Assembly (NCBI GenBank): GCA_023246725.1
Contig: JAHFHV010000001.1
Location: 13,618 to 77,617 of the forward strand
Reading direction: 5' to 3'
DNA: 64,000 nt
Origin: Candidatus Magasanikiibacteriota bacterium
Lineage (GTDB): Bacteria > Patescibacteriota > Patescibacteriia > Magasanikbacterales > GWA2-37-8
Shown: positions 8,470 through 17,748 of the stretch, piece by piece
Layout: each line of letters opens with the position of its first letter
Position numbering within the stretch: position 1 is the stretch's first letter
Notes under the pieces: generated by a model
Databases searched by the model: none
Seen by the model: the letters and a program-made list of their open reading frames with translations, nothing else
Told to the model about the DNA's origin: nothing
Program-made: the position numbers and the translations under genes

Positions 8470-9687
8470 ATGACAACTTCTAACAATAAAGACATTGTCA
8501 AAGCCGGCAGTTTTAAAACATTATTCCAGCTTCAGGCCATGGACGTGCCTAAGCCCGGGGACGTGATTAAAGGCAAAGTGATCTCCGTGGATAAAGGCGA
8601 GATCCATATTGATATTGAAGGCATGACGACCGGCGTGGTGCGCGGAGAGGAATTGTTTGCCGAATCCAGCGAGTACGGACATTTAAAAGTGGGAGATGTT
8701 GTGGAAGCCACTTTGGTGGAATTGGAAAACGAAAACGGCGAAATGGAATTGTCGTTCCGCATTGCCGGATTTAAGCGCGCCTGGGAAAACATGAAGAAAT
8801 TCCTTAAAGACGGACTTACCTTAAAAGCTAAAATTACCGGCGCGAATAAAGGCGGACTCATGATTCAGGTGGAAGCCTTGGCCGCGTTTATGCCGGTGTC
8901 ACAATTATCTCCGGATAATTACCCGCGTGTGGCCGGCGGCGACAAGAATCGCATTTTTGAAAAGTTGCGCGAAATGGTGGGCAAGGAAATGGAGGTAAAA
9001 GTGATTGACGTTAATGAGATGGAAGAAAAATTAATTGTGTCCGAGCGCGCCGTGTGGGAAGATTCCCAAAAGGCGGTGCTGGACGCCTATAAAATTGGCG
9101 ATGTGGTAGAGGGCGAAGTGTCCGCGCTTACTTCGTTTGGCGCGTTTATTCGCTTTGGCGAAGGACTGGAAGGCCTGGTGCATATTTCGGAAATTGCTTG
9201 GCAGAGAATTGACCACCCCAAGGATGTTTTAAAAGTTGGCCAAAAGGTAAAAGCGCAAATTATTCAGCTGGATCATTCTAAAATTTATCTCTCCATTAAG
9301 CGCACGATTGATGACCCGTGGAAAAGCGTGAAGGAGAAATATAAGGTAGGGGAGACGGTGAAAGGCAAGGTGCTTAAAATTGAATCATTCGGCCTGATGA
9401 TTGGGCTGGATAAAGATATTCATGGGCTGGCTCACATTTCTGAATTATCCGATGAGCCGATTGCCAACTTGGCGGATAAATTTAAGCCTGGCCAGGAACT
9501 GGAATTGGAAATTGTGTCCTTGGAACCAGCCGAGCACCGCTTGGGGCTTAAACTGGCGGGCGTTAAAGGCCGGAGCGGCCGGCGCAGCGAGGCCAAAGAA
9601 AAAATGGCTAAAGACGAGGGCAAGAAACTCCTTAAAGATGAAACTTTTGTAGGCGAGGAAAGGAAGCCGGAAGAGGTAAAAGAGTAA
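8470..9687 (+). CDS. rpsA: 30S ribosomal protein S1, short 4-domain form
   Basis: Four S1 domains (GDVIKGKVISV..., GDVVEGEVSALTSFGAFIRF..., etc.); start set at MTTSNNKD to avoid overlap with yafQ. Confidence 0.8.
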   Translation: MTTSNNKDIVKAGSFKTLFQLQAMDVPKPGDVIKGKVISVDKGEIHIDIEGMTTGVVRGEELFAESSEYGHLKVGDVVEATLVELENENGEMELSFRIAGFKRAWENMKKFLKDGLTLKAKITGANKGGLMIQVEALAAFMPVSQLSPDNYPRVAGGDKNRIFEKLREMVGKEMEVKVIDVNEMEEKLIVSERAVWEDSQKAVLDAYKIGDVVEGEVSALTSFGAFIRFGEGLEGLVHISEIAWQRIDHPKDVLKVGQKVKAQIIQLDHSKIYLSIKRTIDDPWKSVKEKYKVGETVKGKVLKIESFGLMIGLDKDIHGLAHISELSDEPIANLADKFKPGQELELEIVSLEPAEHRLGLKLAGVKGRSGRRSEAKEKMAKDEGKKLLKDETFVGEERKPEEVKE

Positions 9688-9727
9688 AAATATTAAACAG
9701 ATATTAAGAAAATATTAAACGAATATT

Positions 9728-11608
9728 ATGAGAAATTTTCTTAAAAATTTTATCTTCATTTTTCTCTGCCTATTTTTAATTGCCGGAGTTATTAGCATGG
9801 TTCGCGGCGGCGCTACCACTAAGCCCGAGGTGATTGGCGTTGGCAAACTGGTGGAAGAAATTAATGCCGGAGCCGTGAAGCAAATTGTGGTACAGGGGGA
9901 TATGCTCCAGGTAACGCTGAAAGACGACAAAGCCAAGCCCCAGCAAGTGAAAAAAGAAATGCAAGAATCGTTTGGCGACATTATGAAAAATTACGGGGTG
10001 AGTGATGACGCCCGTAAACAACTCCAGGTAGAAGTAAAAGACGAAAGCTCGTGGAAGTACTGGCTGATTAATTTGCTCCCGAGCATTTTGCCGCTCATTT
10101 TGTTCGTGGTCATCATCTACTTTATGAGCCGCGGGGTGCAGGGCATGAATAACAAGGCCATGGGGTTTGGGCAGAGCAACCCGCGCCAGGTAAAGCCGGA
10201 AGATAATAAAGATAAAAAAACCTTTACGGACGTAGCGGGCGCTAAAGAGGCTAAAGAAGAATTAGTGGAAGTGGTGGACTTCCTCAAGGACCAAAAAAAG
10301 TTTACCGACATGGGCGCGAAGATTCCCAAAGGAGTTTTGCTCACCGGTTCTCCCGGGACGGGCAAGACACTCCTCGCGAAAGCCGTGGCCGGGGAAGCCA
10401 ACGTGCCGTTTTTCCACATGAGCGGATCGGAATTTGTGGAAATGTTTGTGGGTGTTGGGGCCAGCCGCGTGCGTGATTTATTTAGCAAGGCTAAAAAAGC
10501 CGCCCCGGCCATTGTGTTTATAGATGAAATTGATGCCGTGGGTCGACGCCGCGGGGCGGGCATGGGCGGCGGGCACGATGAGCGCGAACAAACCTTAAAC
10601 CAAATTCTGGTGGAGATGGACGGGTTTGAAACTAACCTCGGCGTGATTGTGATGGCCGCCACGAATCGGCCGGATGTTTTGGATCCGGCTTTGCTCCGAC
10701 CAGGACGTTTTGATCGGCGAGTTGTCATCGATCTTCCGGACATTAAAGACCGCGAAGAAATTTTACATATTCACGCCCGTAATAAAAAATTGGCTACCGG
10801 AGTAAGTCTGCGCAATATTGCCGAGCGCACGCCCGGTTTTTCCGGCGCGGATTTAGCCAACCTCTTAAATGAAGCCGCCATTCTCACGGTGCGCCGCACT
10901 TTGCCGGAAATTGGCGAGCCAGAAGTTTTGGAAAGCATTGAAAAAGTACTCTTAGGGCCAGAGCGCAAGAGCCGCATTATTTCCGAGCATGAGAAAAAAG
11001 TTACGGCATATCACGAAGCCGGCCACGCCGTGGTGGGGTATGTGTTGCCGCACGGCGACCCGGTGCGCAAAGTCTCCATTATATCGCGCGGCCAGGCCGG
11101 CGGCTACACTCTTAAGATGCCGGATTATGACCGCCACTATCATACTTTGGCCCAGTTTAAAGATGAACTGGCCATGTCCCTGGGCGGTTACGTGGCCGAA
11201 AAATTATTTTTTGGCGACGCGTATGTGTCTACCGGCCCATCCAGCGATCTTAAAAACGCCACGCATATTGCCCACAACATGATTACGCGCTATGGCATGA
11301 GCGATACGCTTGGCCCGCGCACCTTTGGCGAACAGGAAGACCTGGTATTTATGGGCGGGCGCACCGGCGAAGAGCGCGACTTTAGCGACAAGACTGCCGA
11401 GGTGATTGACGCGGAAATTAAGCGGCTCATGGTAGAAGCGGAAGCGACAGCCAAGAAGACAATTGAGGCGAATCGTGCTACACTAGAAAAGATGGTGGCG
11501 GTACTCCTCCAAAAAGAAACCCTGGAGCAAAGCGAAATTGAGGCCATTATGGGCCGGCCGCAGAAAAAGGCCGTTAGCGGCGCCCCAGGCGTTGTAGTAC
11601 AAGAATAA
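9728..11608 (+). CDS. ftsH: ATP-dependent zinc metalloprotease FtsH
   Basis: N-terminal TM helices, Walker [25 protein letters not shown] zinc site. Confidence 0.92.
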   Translation: MRNFLKNFIFIFLCLFLIAGVISMVRGGATTKPEVIGVGKLVEEINAGAVKQIVVQGDMLQVTLKDDKAKPQQVKKEMQESFGDIMKNYGVSDDARKQLQVEVKDESSWKYWLINLLPSILPLILFVVIIYFMSRGVQGMNNKAMGFGQSNPRQVKPEDNKDKKTFTDVAGAKEAKEELVEVVDFLKDQKKFTDMGAKIPKGVLLTGSPGTGKTLLAKAVAGEANVPFFHMSGSEFVEMFVGVGASRVRDLFSKAKKAAPAIVFIDEIDAVGRRRGAGMGGGHDEREQTLNQILVEMDGFETNLGVIVMAATNRPDVLDPALLRPGRFDRRVVIDLPDIKDREEILHIHARNKKLATGVSLRNIAERTPGFSGADLANLLNEAAILTVRRTLPEIGEPEVLESIEKVLLGPERKSRIISEHEKKVTAYHEAGHAVVGYVLPHGDPVRKVSIISRGQAGGYTLKMPDYDRHYHTLAQFKDELAMSLGGYVAEKLFFGDAYVSTGPSSDLKNATHIAHNMITRYGMSDTLGPRTFGEQEDLVFMGGRTGEERDFSDKTAEVIDAEIKRLMVEAEATAKKTIEANRATLEKMVAVLLQKETLEQSEIEAIMGRPQKKAVSGAPGVVVQE

Positions 11609-11625
11609 TTTTAACTTATAATCAT

Positions 11626-11886
11626 ATGTCAGGCAGAGAAACAGCGGCTATCAATATTCCAGAAATTAGACGCGAGCTTTTTCTGAGAGGACTTCGTGAG
11701 CTTAAAACCATGCCGGCGAAAGATGCGGCGCAGTGGCTGGCGCGGAACGGGTTTACCCGTCAAGACATGCTTGACCCTAAAATGAATTTCGCAGGCACTT
11801 TAAAGTCAGCTCTCGGGAGCAAAGAAGGGGCGGAAGTCATTAGTCAGCTAAGCAGTATTGAGTCGGAAAATAAAGCCGCCGCCTAG
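11626..11886 (+). CDS. Hypothetical protein
   Basis: 86-aa ORF directly after ftsH, followed by terminator. Confidence 0.35.
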   Translation: MSGRETAAINIPEIRRELFLRGLRELKTMPAKDAAQWLARNGFTRQDMLDPKMNFAGTLKSALGSKEGAEVISQLSSIESENKAAA

Positions 11887-11892
11887 AATTCA

Positions 11893-11925
11893 AAAATCCC
11901 TTGCCGAATTGGCGAGGGATTTTTA
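11893..11925 (+). terminator. Rho-independent terminator
   Basis: aaatcccttgcc-gaattg-gcgagggattttt. Confidence 0.75.
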
Positions 11926-12074
11926 ATTCCACTTGAATCTATCTTTTAAGACAAACTCAAGTGGATGACGGAGCTATAAAAAAATAAGATAAATTATGAG
12001 TCCCGCATCCACCCTGCTTACGCAGTCTGTGTGGGCAGTCCCCGCGAGGCTCCGTCAGACTCGTGGGAGGCTGG

Positions 12075-13067
12075 TTAGCGCGCTGGTTCGACGATGCGGA
12101 ATCCAATCCGTTCGTTAGCAGCCCGTCCGGCTTTGGTCGTGTTTGGCAACATTGGCTTAGTACTGCCAAAACCAGCCATCATCAGTCGCCCGGACGGTAC
12201 TCCCATTATTTCCACCAGATATTGCCCAACTGTTTGGGCGCGCTTTAGTGAGAGACCGAGGTTTTTGCCGGCATTACCCCGATTGTTAGTGTGCCCTTCA
12301 ATGCACACAAGGCTTATGTCTTGCCTGGCGATAAGCGCATTGGCGACCGCGCCGAGCACCGGAAAGCTCCGGGGCAGGATGGTTTCTTTGCCTCGCGCGA
12401 ACCTGATCGGCGAGAGCGTCATGATCATTCCGGCCCTGATTTCTACCAGTCCCGGACAGCCATTCTTGCTAGGGTCCGGGTCGGGCGCGCCACGCTGGTC
12501 GGGGCAAGCGTCTAAGTGGTCGAGCACCGTGTCTTCATCGCGGTCGCGAATCGGACACCCCCGGTATTCGGGGCGCTTATCGGGGTGGGGTCCGGCTGGA
12601 ACAGTTTTACATTCGTCAGCTTCGTTCCCGATGCCGTCGCCGTCGCTGTCCGGGTTGGGCGGCGGCTTCGGCACCGCCTCACGCAGGGGCGGAGCCGGAA
12701 TCGCGGCCGTCTTTTGCGTGTCGGCGATTAACCGTTCCATGTCCGCGATCTTGGTTTCCACTTCGTCGCGGTTCGGTGCCTTGGGCGCTCTCCGGATGTA
12801 CGTCCGGTAGAAGCGCAGGGCTTCCAGGTGCTTCCCGGCGAGTCGGAACGACTGCGCGATGTTGTAGAGGAGCACCGGATCGTCCTTGATCTCGTAGGCC
12901 TGCTGGAAGGCCACGATTGCCTCGTTGTACTTGCCTTGGTCGAATAGGCTGGTGCCGCGCTTGTAGTGCTCGCGGGCGGCCGAGGCCTCGTACTGGATGG
13001 GCTGGCCGAAGGCGAGCGAAGAGAAGACGACGAGGGCGGTGGCGAGAGCGATGGCGATGTGGCGCAT
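12075..13067 (-). CDS. Secreted TPR-repeat / thrombospondin type-3 repeat / OmpA-domain protein, in high-GC island
   Basis: Signal peptide, TPR (YNEAIVAFQQAYEI...), TSP3 Asp-rich Ca-binding repeats (DSDGDGIGNEADEC, DRDEDTVLDHLDACPD), C-terminal OmpA-like; about 62% GC. Confidence 0.7.
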   Translation of the reverse strand: MRHIAIALATALVVFSSLAFGQPIQYEASAAREHYKRGTSLFDQGKYNEAIVAFQQAYEIKDDPVLLYNIAQSFRLAGKHLEALRFYRTYIRRAPKAPNRDEVETKIADMERLIADTQKTAAIPAPPLREAVPKPPPNPDSDGDGIGNEADECKTVPAGPHPDKRPEYRGCPIRDRDEDTVLDHLDACPDQRGAPDPDPSKNGCPGLVEIRAGMIMTLSPIRFARGKETILPRSFPVLGAVANALIARQDISLVCIEGHTNNRGNAGKNLGLSLKRAQTVGQYLVEIMGVPSGRLMMAGFGSTKPMLPNTTKAGRAANERIGFRIVEPAR

Positions 13068-13177
13068 GAAATCCTCCTTGGTCCAAGTTGGACACTTTAC
13101 CCTACAATATTTTGGCCAGTTTGTCAAGGTTGTGCTATACTGTAAGCAGGGTTAACTCATAGCCAATCTCATCAACT

Positions 13178-13269
13178 GTCATTCTGACCCCGCACTTGCG
13201 GGGGAAGAATCTCTGTCCAATTGGTCAAATAACGACCGACAGAGATCCTTCACTGCGTTCAGGATGACA
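13178..13269. repeat. MITE family 1 copy
   Basis: gtcattctgaccc...gttcaggatgaca. Confidence 0.8.
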
Positions 13270-13297
13270 GGCCAAAAATAAACCTAATTTTTTAATT

Positions 13298-14254
13298 ATG
13301 CATGAACCAACCTATCGCGCGGCTGTGGGCCACGCCTGGAAATTAACTTGGCACCATAAAAGCTTATGGGTGCTTGGGCTCTTATCGATTTTTTTAGGGC
13401 AGTTTGGACTAGCTAATTTTATTGGGCAATTGGCGAGCAAGATATTTTTTGCGGACAGCTCGTGGTGGCCGGCTTCCTGGGGGGCGGTGCATATTGCCAG
13501 TCCGGATCAATTTGTATGGTTTAGCTGGCTGGCCTTTATAACGGCAGCCCTTACCATGTTTGTGGTGGCGGCGGCCGCCTGCGCCGAAGGGGCGCTGATT
13601 GCTACGGCGGTGCATTATTTTAACGTGCGCACGGTGTTAAGCATTCACAATGCGTGGCGGCAGGGAGTGAAACATTTTTGGCGAATACTAGCGGTGAATG
13701 TGCTAGAAAAATTATCGCTGGCCGTTATTTTAGCAGTGCTGTTAGAACTGATAACTTTTTTTTCCGGAGCGAGCGTGTGGTGGTTTGGTTTTGGAGTGCT
13801 TTTGATTGCCGTTTGTTTGTTCGCGGCGCTGGCAATTTCTACCGTGGCCATTTTTACCTTAGGTTATGTTATGGTTGACAACCAGGGGTTAATTGATGCC
13901 CTGGCCGAAGCGTGGCGTCTGTTTTGCCGCCATATTTTTGTTTCTTTAGAATTGAGCCTGATGCTGTTAGTTTGCAATGCCCTGGTGTTCGCGGCGCTTT
14001 GGCTCGGGTCATTCCTCGTGCTCATTCCCTCATTTTTTATTTCCCTGGCGGCGGGCTTTACCGGGTATTTGACGCTTTTATCTATTTCGGTGGTAGCATA
14101 TGTGTTTTTGTTTGTGCTCGTGGTCGCTTGGCTCGGCGCGATTTTTAACGCCTTTACTACCAGCGCCTGGATGTATTTGTTTATGCATATGTACCATGAG
14201 GGGTTGGGGAGCCGATTGAAACATTGGGCGGGGAAAGTATTAAAGCGAACGTAA
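13298..14254 (+). CDS. Hypothetical polytopic membrane protein
   Basis: At least 6 hydrophobic segments; no family recognised. Confidence 0.5.
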   Translation: MHEPTYRAAVGHAWKLTWHHKSLWVLGLLSIFLGQFGLANFIGQLASKIFFADSSWWPASWGAVHIASPDQFVWFSWLAFITAALTMFVVAAAACAEGALIATAVHYFNVRTVLSIHNAWRQGVKHFWRILAVNVLEKLSLAVILAVLLELITFFSGASVWWFGFGVLLIAVCLFAALAISTVAIFTLGYVMVDNQGLIDALAEAWRLFCRHIFVSLELSLMLLVCNALVFAALWLGSFLVLIPSFFISLAAGFTGYLTLLSISVVAYVFLFVLVVAWLGAIFNAFTTSAWMYLFMHMYHEGLGSRLKHWAGKVLKRT

Positions 14255-14309
14255 TTCTCTCGATTGACCTTTAAATTTCGATATTTGAATTTAGGATTTT
14301 TTACTAGTT

Positions 14310-16061
14310 ATGTCCAATTTTCAGTCAATTAATGATCTGATTCCCTCTGGCGGCAAGCCGCTCGACAATGCTCGAGGCGGGGCGGTTGCTGTTAAAAAAG
14401 GCCAGGCCACGCCAACGCAAAGCGTCAGCCAGGCCTTTAGCCATAAGATGGAAGAAATTACCTTAAAAGAAAAAGAAGCCCTGGTGGCGGCGCAAGCGCA
14501 AAAATTTGGCATTCCGCACATTGATTTAAGCGCGTTTCCGGTTTCCGCCGAAGCGCTGCGCGCTGTGCCCGAGGAATTGGCGCGAGCAAAGAGCCTGGTG
14601 TGTTTTTATTTTACGCCGGAAGAAATGCGCCTTGGCGTGGTTGCCCCAAGCGCAGAGCTGGATGAAGATTTGTATCAGCTGGGTGAAAAGTTTCACGCCA
14701 AGATTGCGCCCTATATTATTTCTCCCCACAGTTTGGAGCGGGTTTTAAAATTGTACGCTAATTTGCCCATTGTGAAGCCGGTAACCAAAGACATTGTCAT
14801 TACTGATGAAAATCTGGAACAATTTTCGGCCGGAGTAAGCTCAATTCAGAGTTTGCAGGAATCATTTAAAAATGTCTCTATTACCGATATTTTAACCTTG
14901 CTTATAGCCTCAGCGCTTAAAGTCAATGCCACCGATATCCACGTGGAAGCCGAGTCGGACGATATCGCCGTTCGCTACCGCATTGATGGCATCCTCCAGG
15001 ACGTAGCGCGTTTAGCCAAAGGAGAATGGAAAAAATTTGTGTCACGCATCAAACTCCTCGCGGCTTTAAAAATTAACGTGATTGACCGCCCGCAGGACGG
15101 CCGCGTCAGTCTGCAGCTCTCGGCCGGGAGCCTGGACGTGCGCGTGTCCACCCTCCCCACCATCCATGGCGAGAGCGTGGTAATGCGTATTTTGCATAGT
15201 GGCAGTAAAGGCGTAAATTTTGACGAGCTGGGTCTACGCGGCAGCGTGGCCGAAGAATTAAGGCGGGAAATTTTACGCCCCAATGGCATGATTATTACGA
15301 CCGGTCCAACGGGTAGCGGTAAAACCACCACGATGTATGCTATCCTTAAGGAGTTGAATAAGCCAGGCGTTAAAATCATTACCCTGGAAGACCCGATTGA
15401 AATTAAAATGGACGGCATTAACCAAAGCCAGGTGGATGTGAGTCATGATTATAGTTTTGCCAAGGGCCTGCGCAGTATTTTGCGGCAAGACCCGGACATT
15501 TGTATGGTTGGTGAAATCAGAGACCTTGAAACCGCGGAAATTGCCATTCAGTCGGCCCTTACCGGGCACCTCATGCTTTCAACTATCCACACTAACAGCG
15601 CGGCTGGAGCGATTCCACGGTTTTTATCCATGGGGGTTAAGCCTTTTTTGTTAGCCCCGGCTTTAAACGCGGTTATTGGCCAGCGCTTGGTGCGGCGCGT
15701 CTGTGAAGAATGCAAAACCGAAGACACCTTGAGCGCGGAGGAGTTAGCCAAAGCCAAGGAAATTCTGGGAGCGTTGCCGGAAAAAGAAAAATTTTCGGCC
15801 GACATCAACAACCTGCATTTTTATAAGGGCAAGGGCTGCGATGCCTGCAGCGGCCTGGGCTACAAGGGCCGCATTAGCATTTACGAAATTTTTCACATGA
15901 CCAAAGAGATTGAAGAAGTGATTTTGAGCGCCAAGGTTTCGGAGTATACCATTCAAGAATTGGCCATAAAACAAGGAATGATCACGATGGCGCAGGACGG
16001 ACTCCTCAAAGCGCTAGATAAGATAACGACGGTAAAAGAAGTGTTTAGAGTGGCGGAGTAA
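14310..16061 (+). CDS. pilB: Type II secretion / type IV pilus assembly ATPase (GspE/PilB family)
   Basis: Walker A GPTGSGKTTT, Asp box, His box LMLSTIHTNSA, C-terminal tetracysteine CxxC...CxxC. Confidence 0.88.
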   Translation: MSNFQSINDLIPSGGKPLDNARGGAVAVKKGQATPTQSVSQAFSHKMEEITLKEKEALVAAQAQKFGIPHIDLSAFPVSAEALRAVPEELARAKSLVCFYFTPEEMRLGVVAPSAELDEDLYQLGEKFHAKIAPYIISPHSLERVLKLYANLPIVKPVTKDIVITDENLEQFSAGVSSIQSLQESFKNVSITDILTLLIASALKVNATDIHVEAESDDIAVRYRIDGILQDVARLAKGEWKKFVSRIKLLAALKINVIDRPQDGRVSLQLSAGSLDVRVSTLPTIHGESVVMRILHSGSKGVNFDELGLRGSVAEELRREILRPNGMIITTGPTGSGKTTTMYAILKELNKPGVKIITLEDPIEIKMDGINQSQVDVSHDYSFAKGLRSILRQDPDICMVGEIRDLETAEIAIQSALTGHLMLSTIHTNSAAGAIPRFLSMGVKPFLLAPALNAVIGQRLVRRVCEECKTEDTLSAEELAKAKEILGALPEKEKFSADINNLHFYKGKGCDACSGLGYKGRISIYEIFHMTKEIEEVILSAKVSEYTIQELAIKQGMITMAQDGLLKALDKITTVKEVFRVAE

Positions 16062-16075
16062 CACTCTACCGTTTG

Positions 16076-16186
16076 TCATCCTGAGCGTAGCGAAGGATCT
16101 CTGTCTTGTTCAATTGTTAAATTGCTGTATTGTTGGTGATTGGTAGAGAGATCCTTCAGTCGCTGCGACGCTTCTTCAGGATGACA
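16076..16186. repeat. MITE family 1 copy
   Basis: tgtcatcctgagcgtagcgaaggatctc ... cttcaggatgaca. Confidence 0.8.
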
Positions 16187-16259
16187 AACGAACACTGGGA
16201 ATTCTGAGATTTTTGTGTTATACTAATAACAAGTCACCCAACAACCAATAACTCCACAT

Positions 16260-17411
16260 ATGATCACCTATCGCCTGGCCACCCAGCCGCCCTTGGAGCC
16301 ATCGGTCAAGTTTTATAAAATTATCGCAGTATCTTTTTTGGCCATCACGATTGTTCTTTTGGCCTTGGTCATTTTTATGACTTCTAAAAAAGCTACCATT
16401 ACTATTGTGGCTAAAAATGATACCAAGAACGTGTCTTTGGCAGTTGGGGTGGGCGCTAAAGTTACCGAGGCCACGAGTATTGGCGGCACGGTAGCTTCTC
16501 AAATTTTTCCCTGGGCCGAGGATTTTCACCCCACGGGCAACAAAATGGTTGACGCCGTGGCTACGGGGGCGGTCGTGATTTACAATAAAACCAATAGCCC
16601 CCAGCCTTTGGTTAAAACCACGCGGGTGCTTACGCCGGCCGGAATCTTATTCCGATTATCCGAAGGCGTAACGGTTCCAGCCAGCGGGCAAGTGACGGCG
16701 CGCGTGTACGCGGATCAAAAAGGCGCGGCTTATAATATCAGTCCGAGCAGGTTTACCATTCCCGGCCTGGACGCGAGCAAACAAAAAGTTATTTATGCCG
16801 AAAGTAGCGCGCCCATGAGCGGCGGCGTGGCCACACTCGGCATTTTAAGCGCCGAGGATATTAAGAGCGCGGAATTGGCTTATAAACAAAAGGCGCAAGA
16901 GGCATTTCTTAAAAATTTAACGCCCACTAATGATGCCGGGCAGGCGCAAATTGTTACCGTAGTTGATACTCACGCCAAAGCTAACCACAAAGCGGGGGAT
17001 GAAGTAACGGTTTTTACCGTGAGTGGTACGAGTACCGTTGTGGTGGTGCGCTACGCTAAAGCCGATTTGACGACGCTGGTTAATAAACAAATTACCGACA
17101 AAGTTAACGCGTCGGCCGAGCGGTTTGTAGCTACCGGCAGCAACGCTCCAGAGGTAAGCGTCGCTAGCTTTGACGCCAAGGCCGGCACGGCCTCACTTAA
17201 TGTTCACCAAAATGTTTCTGTAACTTTGGACGCGAACGTGGACGCGCTGTCGCCGGATCATTTTGCTGGTAAAAAGAAAGCCGATATTGAACGTTATATT
17301 TTAGGGCTGGACCACGTGGCTCAGGTGGACGTGAAATTCTTTCCGTCTTGGATGTTTAGCGCGCCCAGCGTGCCGGACAGGATAAAGGTGATAGTGAAAA
17401 ACGTACAGTAA
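16260..17411 (+). CDS. Hypothetical membrane-anchored exported protein
   Basis: N-terminal TM then Thr/Val/Ala-rich beta-type sequence; downstream of pilB. Confidence 0.45.
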   Translation: MITYRLATQPPLEPSVKFYKIIAVSFLAITIVLLALVIFMTSKKATITIVAKNDTKNVSLAVGVGAKVTEATSIGGTVASQIFPWAEDFHPTGNKMVDAVATGAVVIYNKTNSPQPLVKTTRVLTPAGILFRLSEGVTVPASGQVTARVYADQKGAAYNISPSRFTIPGLDASKQKVIYAESSAPMSGGVATLGILSAEDIKSAELAYKQKAQEAFLKNLTPTNDAGQAQIVTVVDTHAKANHKAGDEVTVFTVSGTSTVVVVRYAKADLTTLVNKQITDKVNASAERFVATGSNAPEVSVASFDAKAGTASLNVHQNVSVTLDANVDALSPDHFAGKKKADIERYILGLDHVAQVDVKFFPSWMFSAPSVPDRIKVIVKNVQ

Positions 17412-17466
17412 GAGTTTGTAAAGTTATCAAGTTATAAAGTTTGTAAAGTTACGACGAACAAGTTAC
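17405..17466. repeat. Repeat family 3 copy (agtttgtaaagttatcaagttataaagtttgtaaagttacgacgaac x2)
   Basis: Matches 6898-6990. Confidence 0.6.
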
Positions 17467-17476
17467 GACGAACGCT

Positions 17477-17505
17477 TGACAGCCAACGTATTATTTTGTA
17501 TAGTA
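17477..17505 (+). promoter_or_regulatory. Consensus promoter ttgaca-17-tatagt driving thrS leader
   Basis: Read directly. Confidence 0.6.
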
Positions 17506-17511
17506 GAAACG

Positions 17512-17690
17512 TTACGGTTGACGCGAGACTACCAACCTCGCTGTGGAAAAATCTATTATAAATTGAGTTAAACTTCGGGTGGAACCGTCCTTCGTCCCGC
17601 ATTGCGGGACTACGGACGGCAGGCCGTCTTGGCTTGCTGTCAAATTAGGACCCCGATATGCCTTTGTTTGGTGTGTCGGGGTATTTTTTT
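17512..17690 (+). promoter_or_regulatory. T-box riboswitch leader (threonine-specific, inferred) with intrinsic terminator
   Basis: T-box core aacttcGGGTGGaACCGtcc, candidate ACC specifier, terminator accccga...tcggggt + T7 just before thrS. Confidence 0.5.
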
Positions 17691-17748
17691 ACACGGATTA
17701 CGCGGACTGCCATTTACCAATCTACTAATAAACTAATCAACATTTACT

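Noticed and set aside
12094-12810. 238-aa + strand ORF and other frames in the 12-13 kb high-GC segment; likewise 7057-7746 and 34012-34778 alternative-frame ORFs
   Set aside because: High GC suppresses stop codons in all frames; only the minus-strand TPR/TSP3/OmpA frame, and the SD-preceded + frames in islands A/B, show protein-like features.
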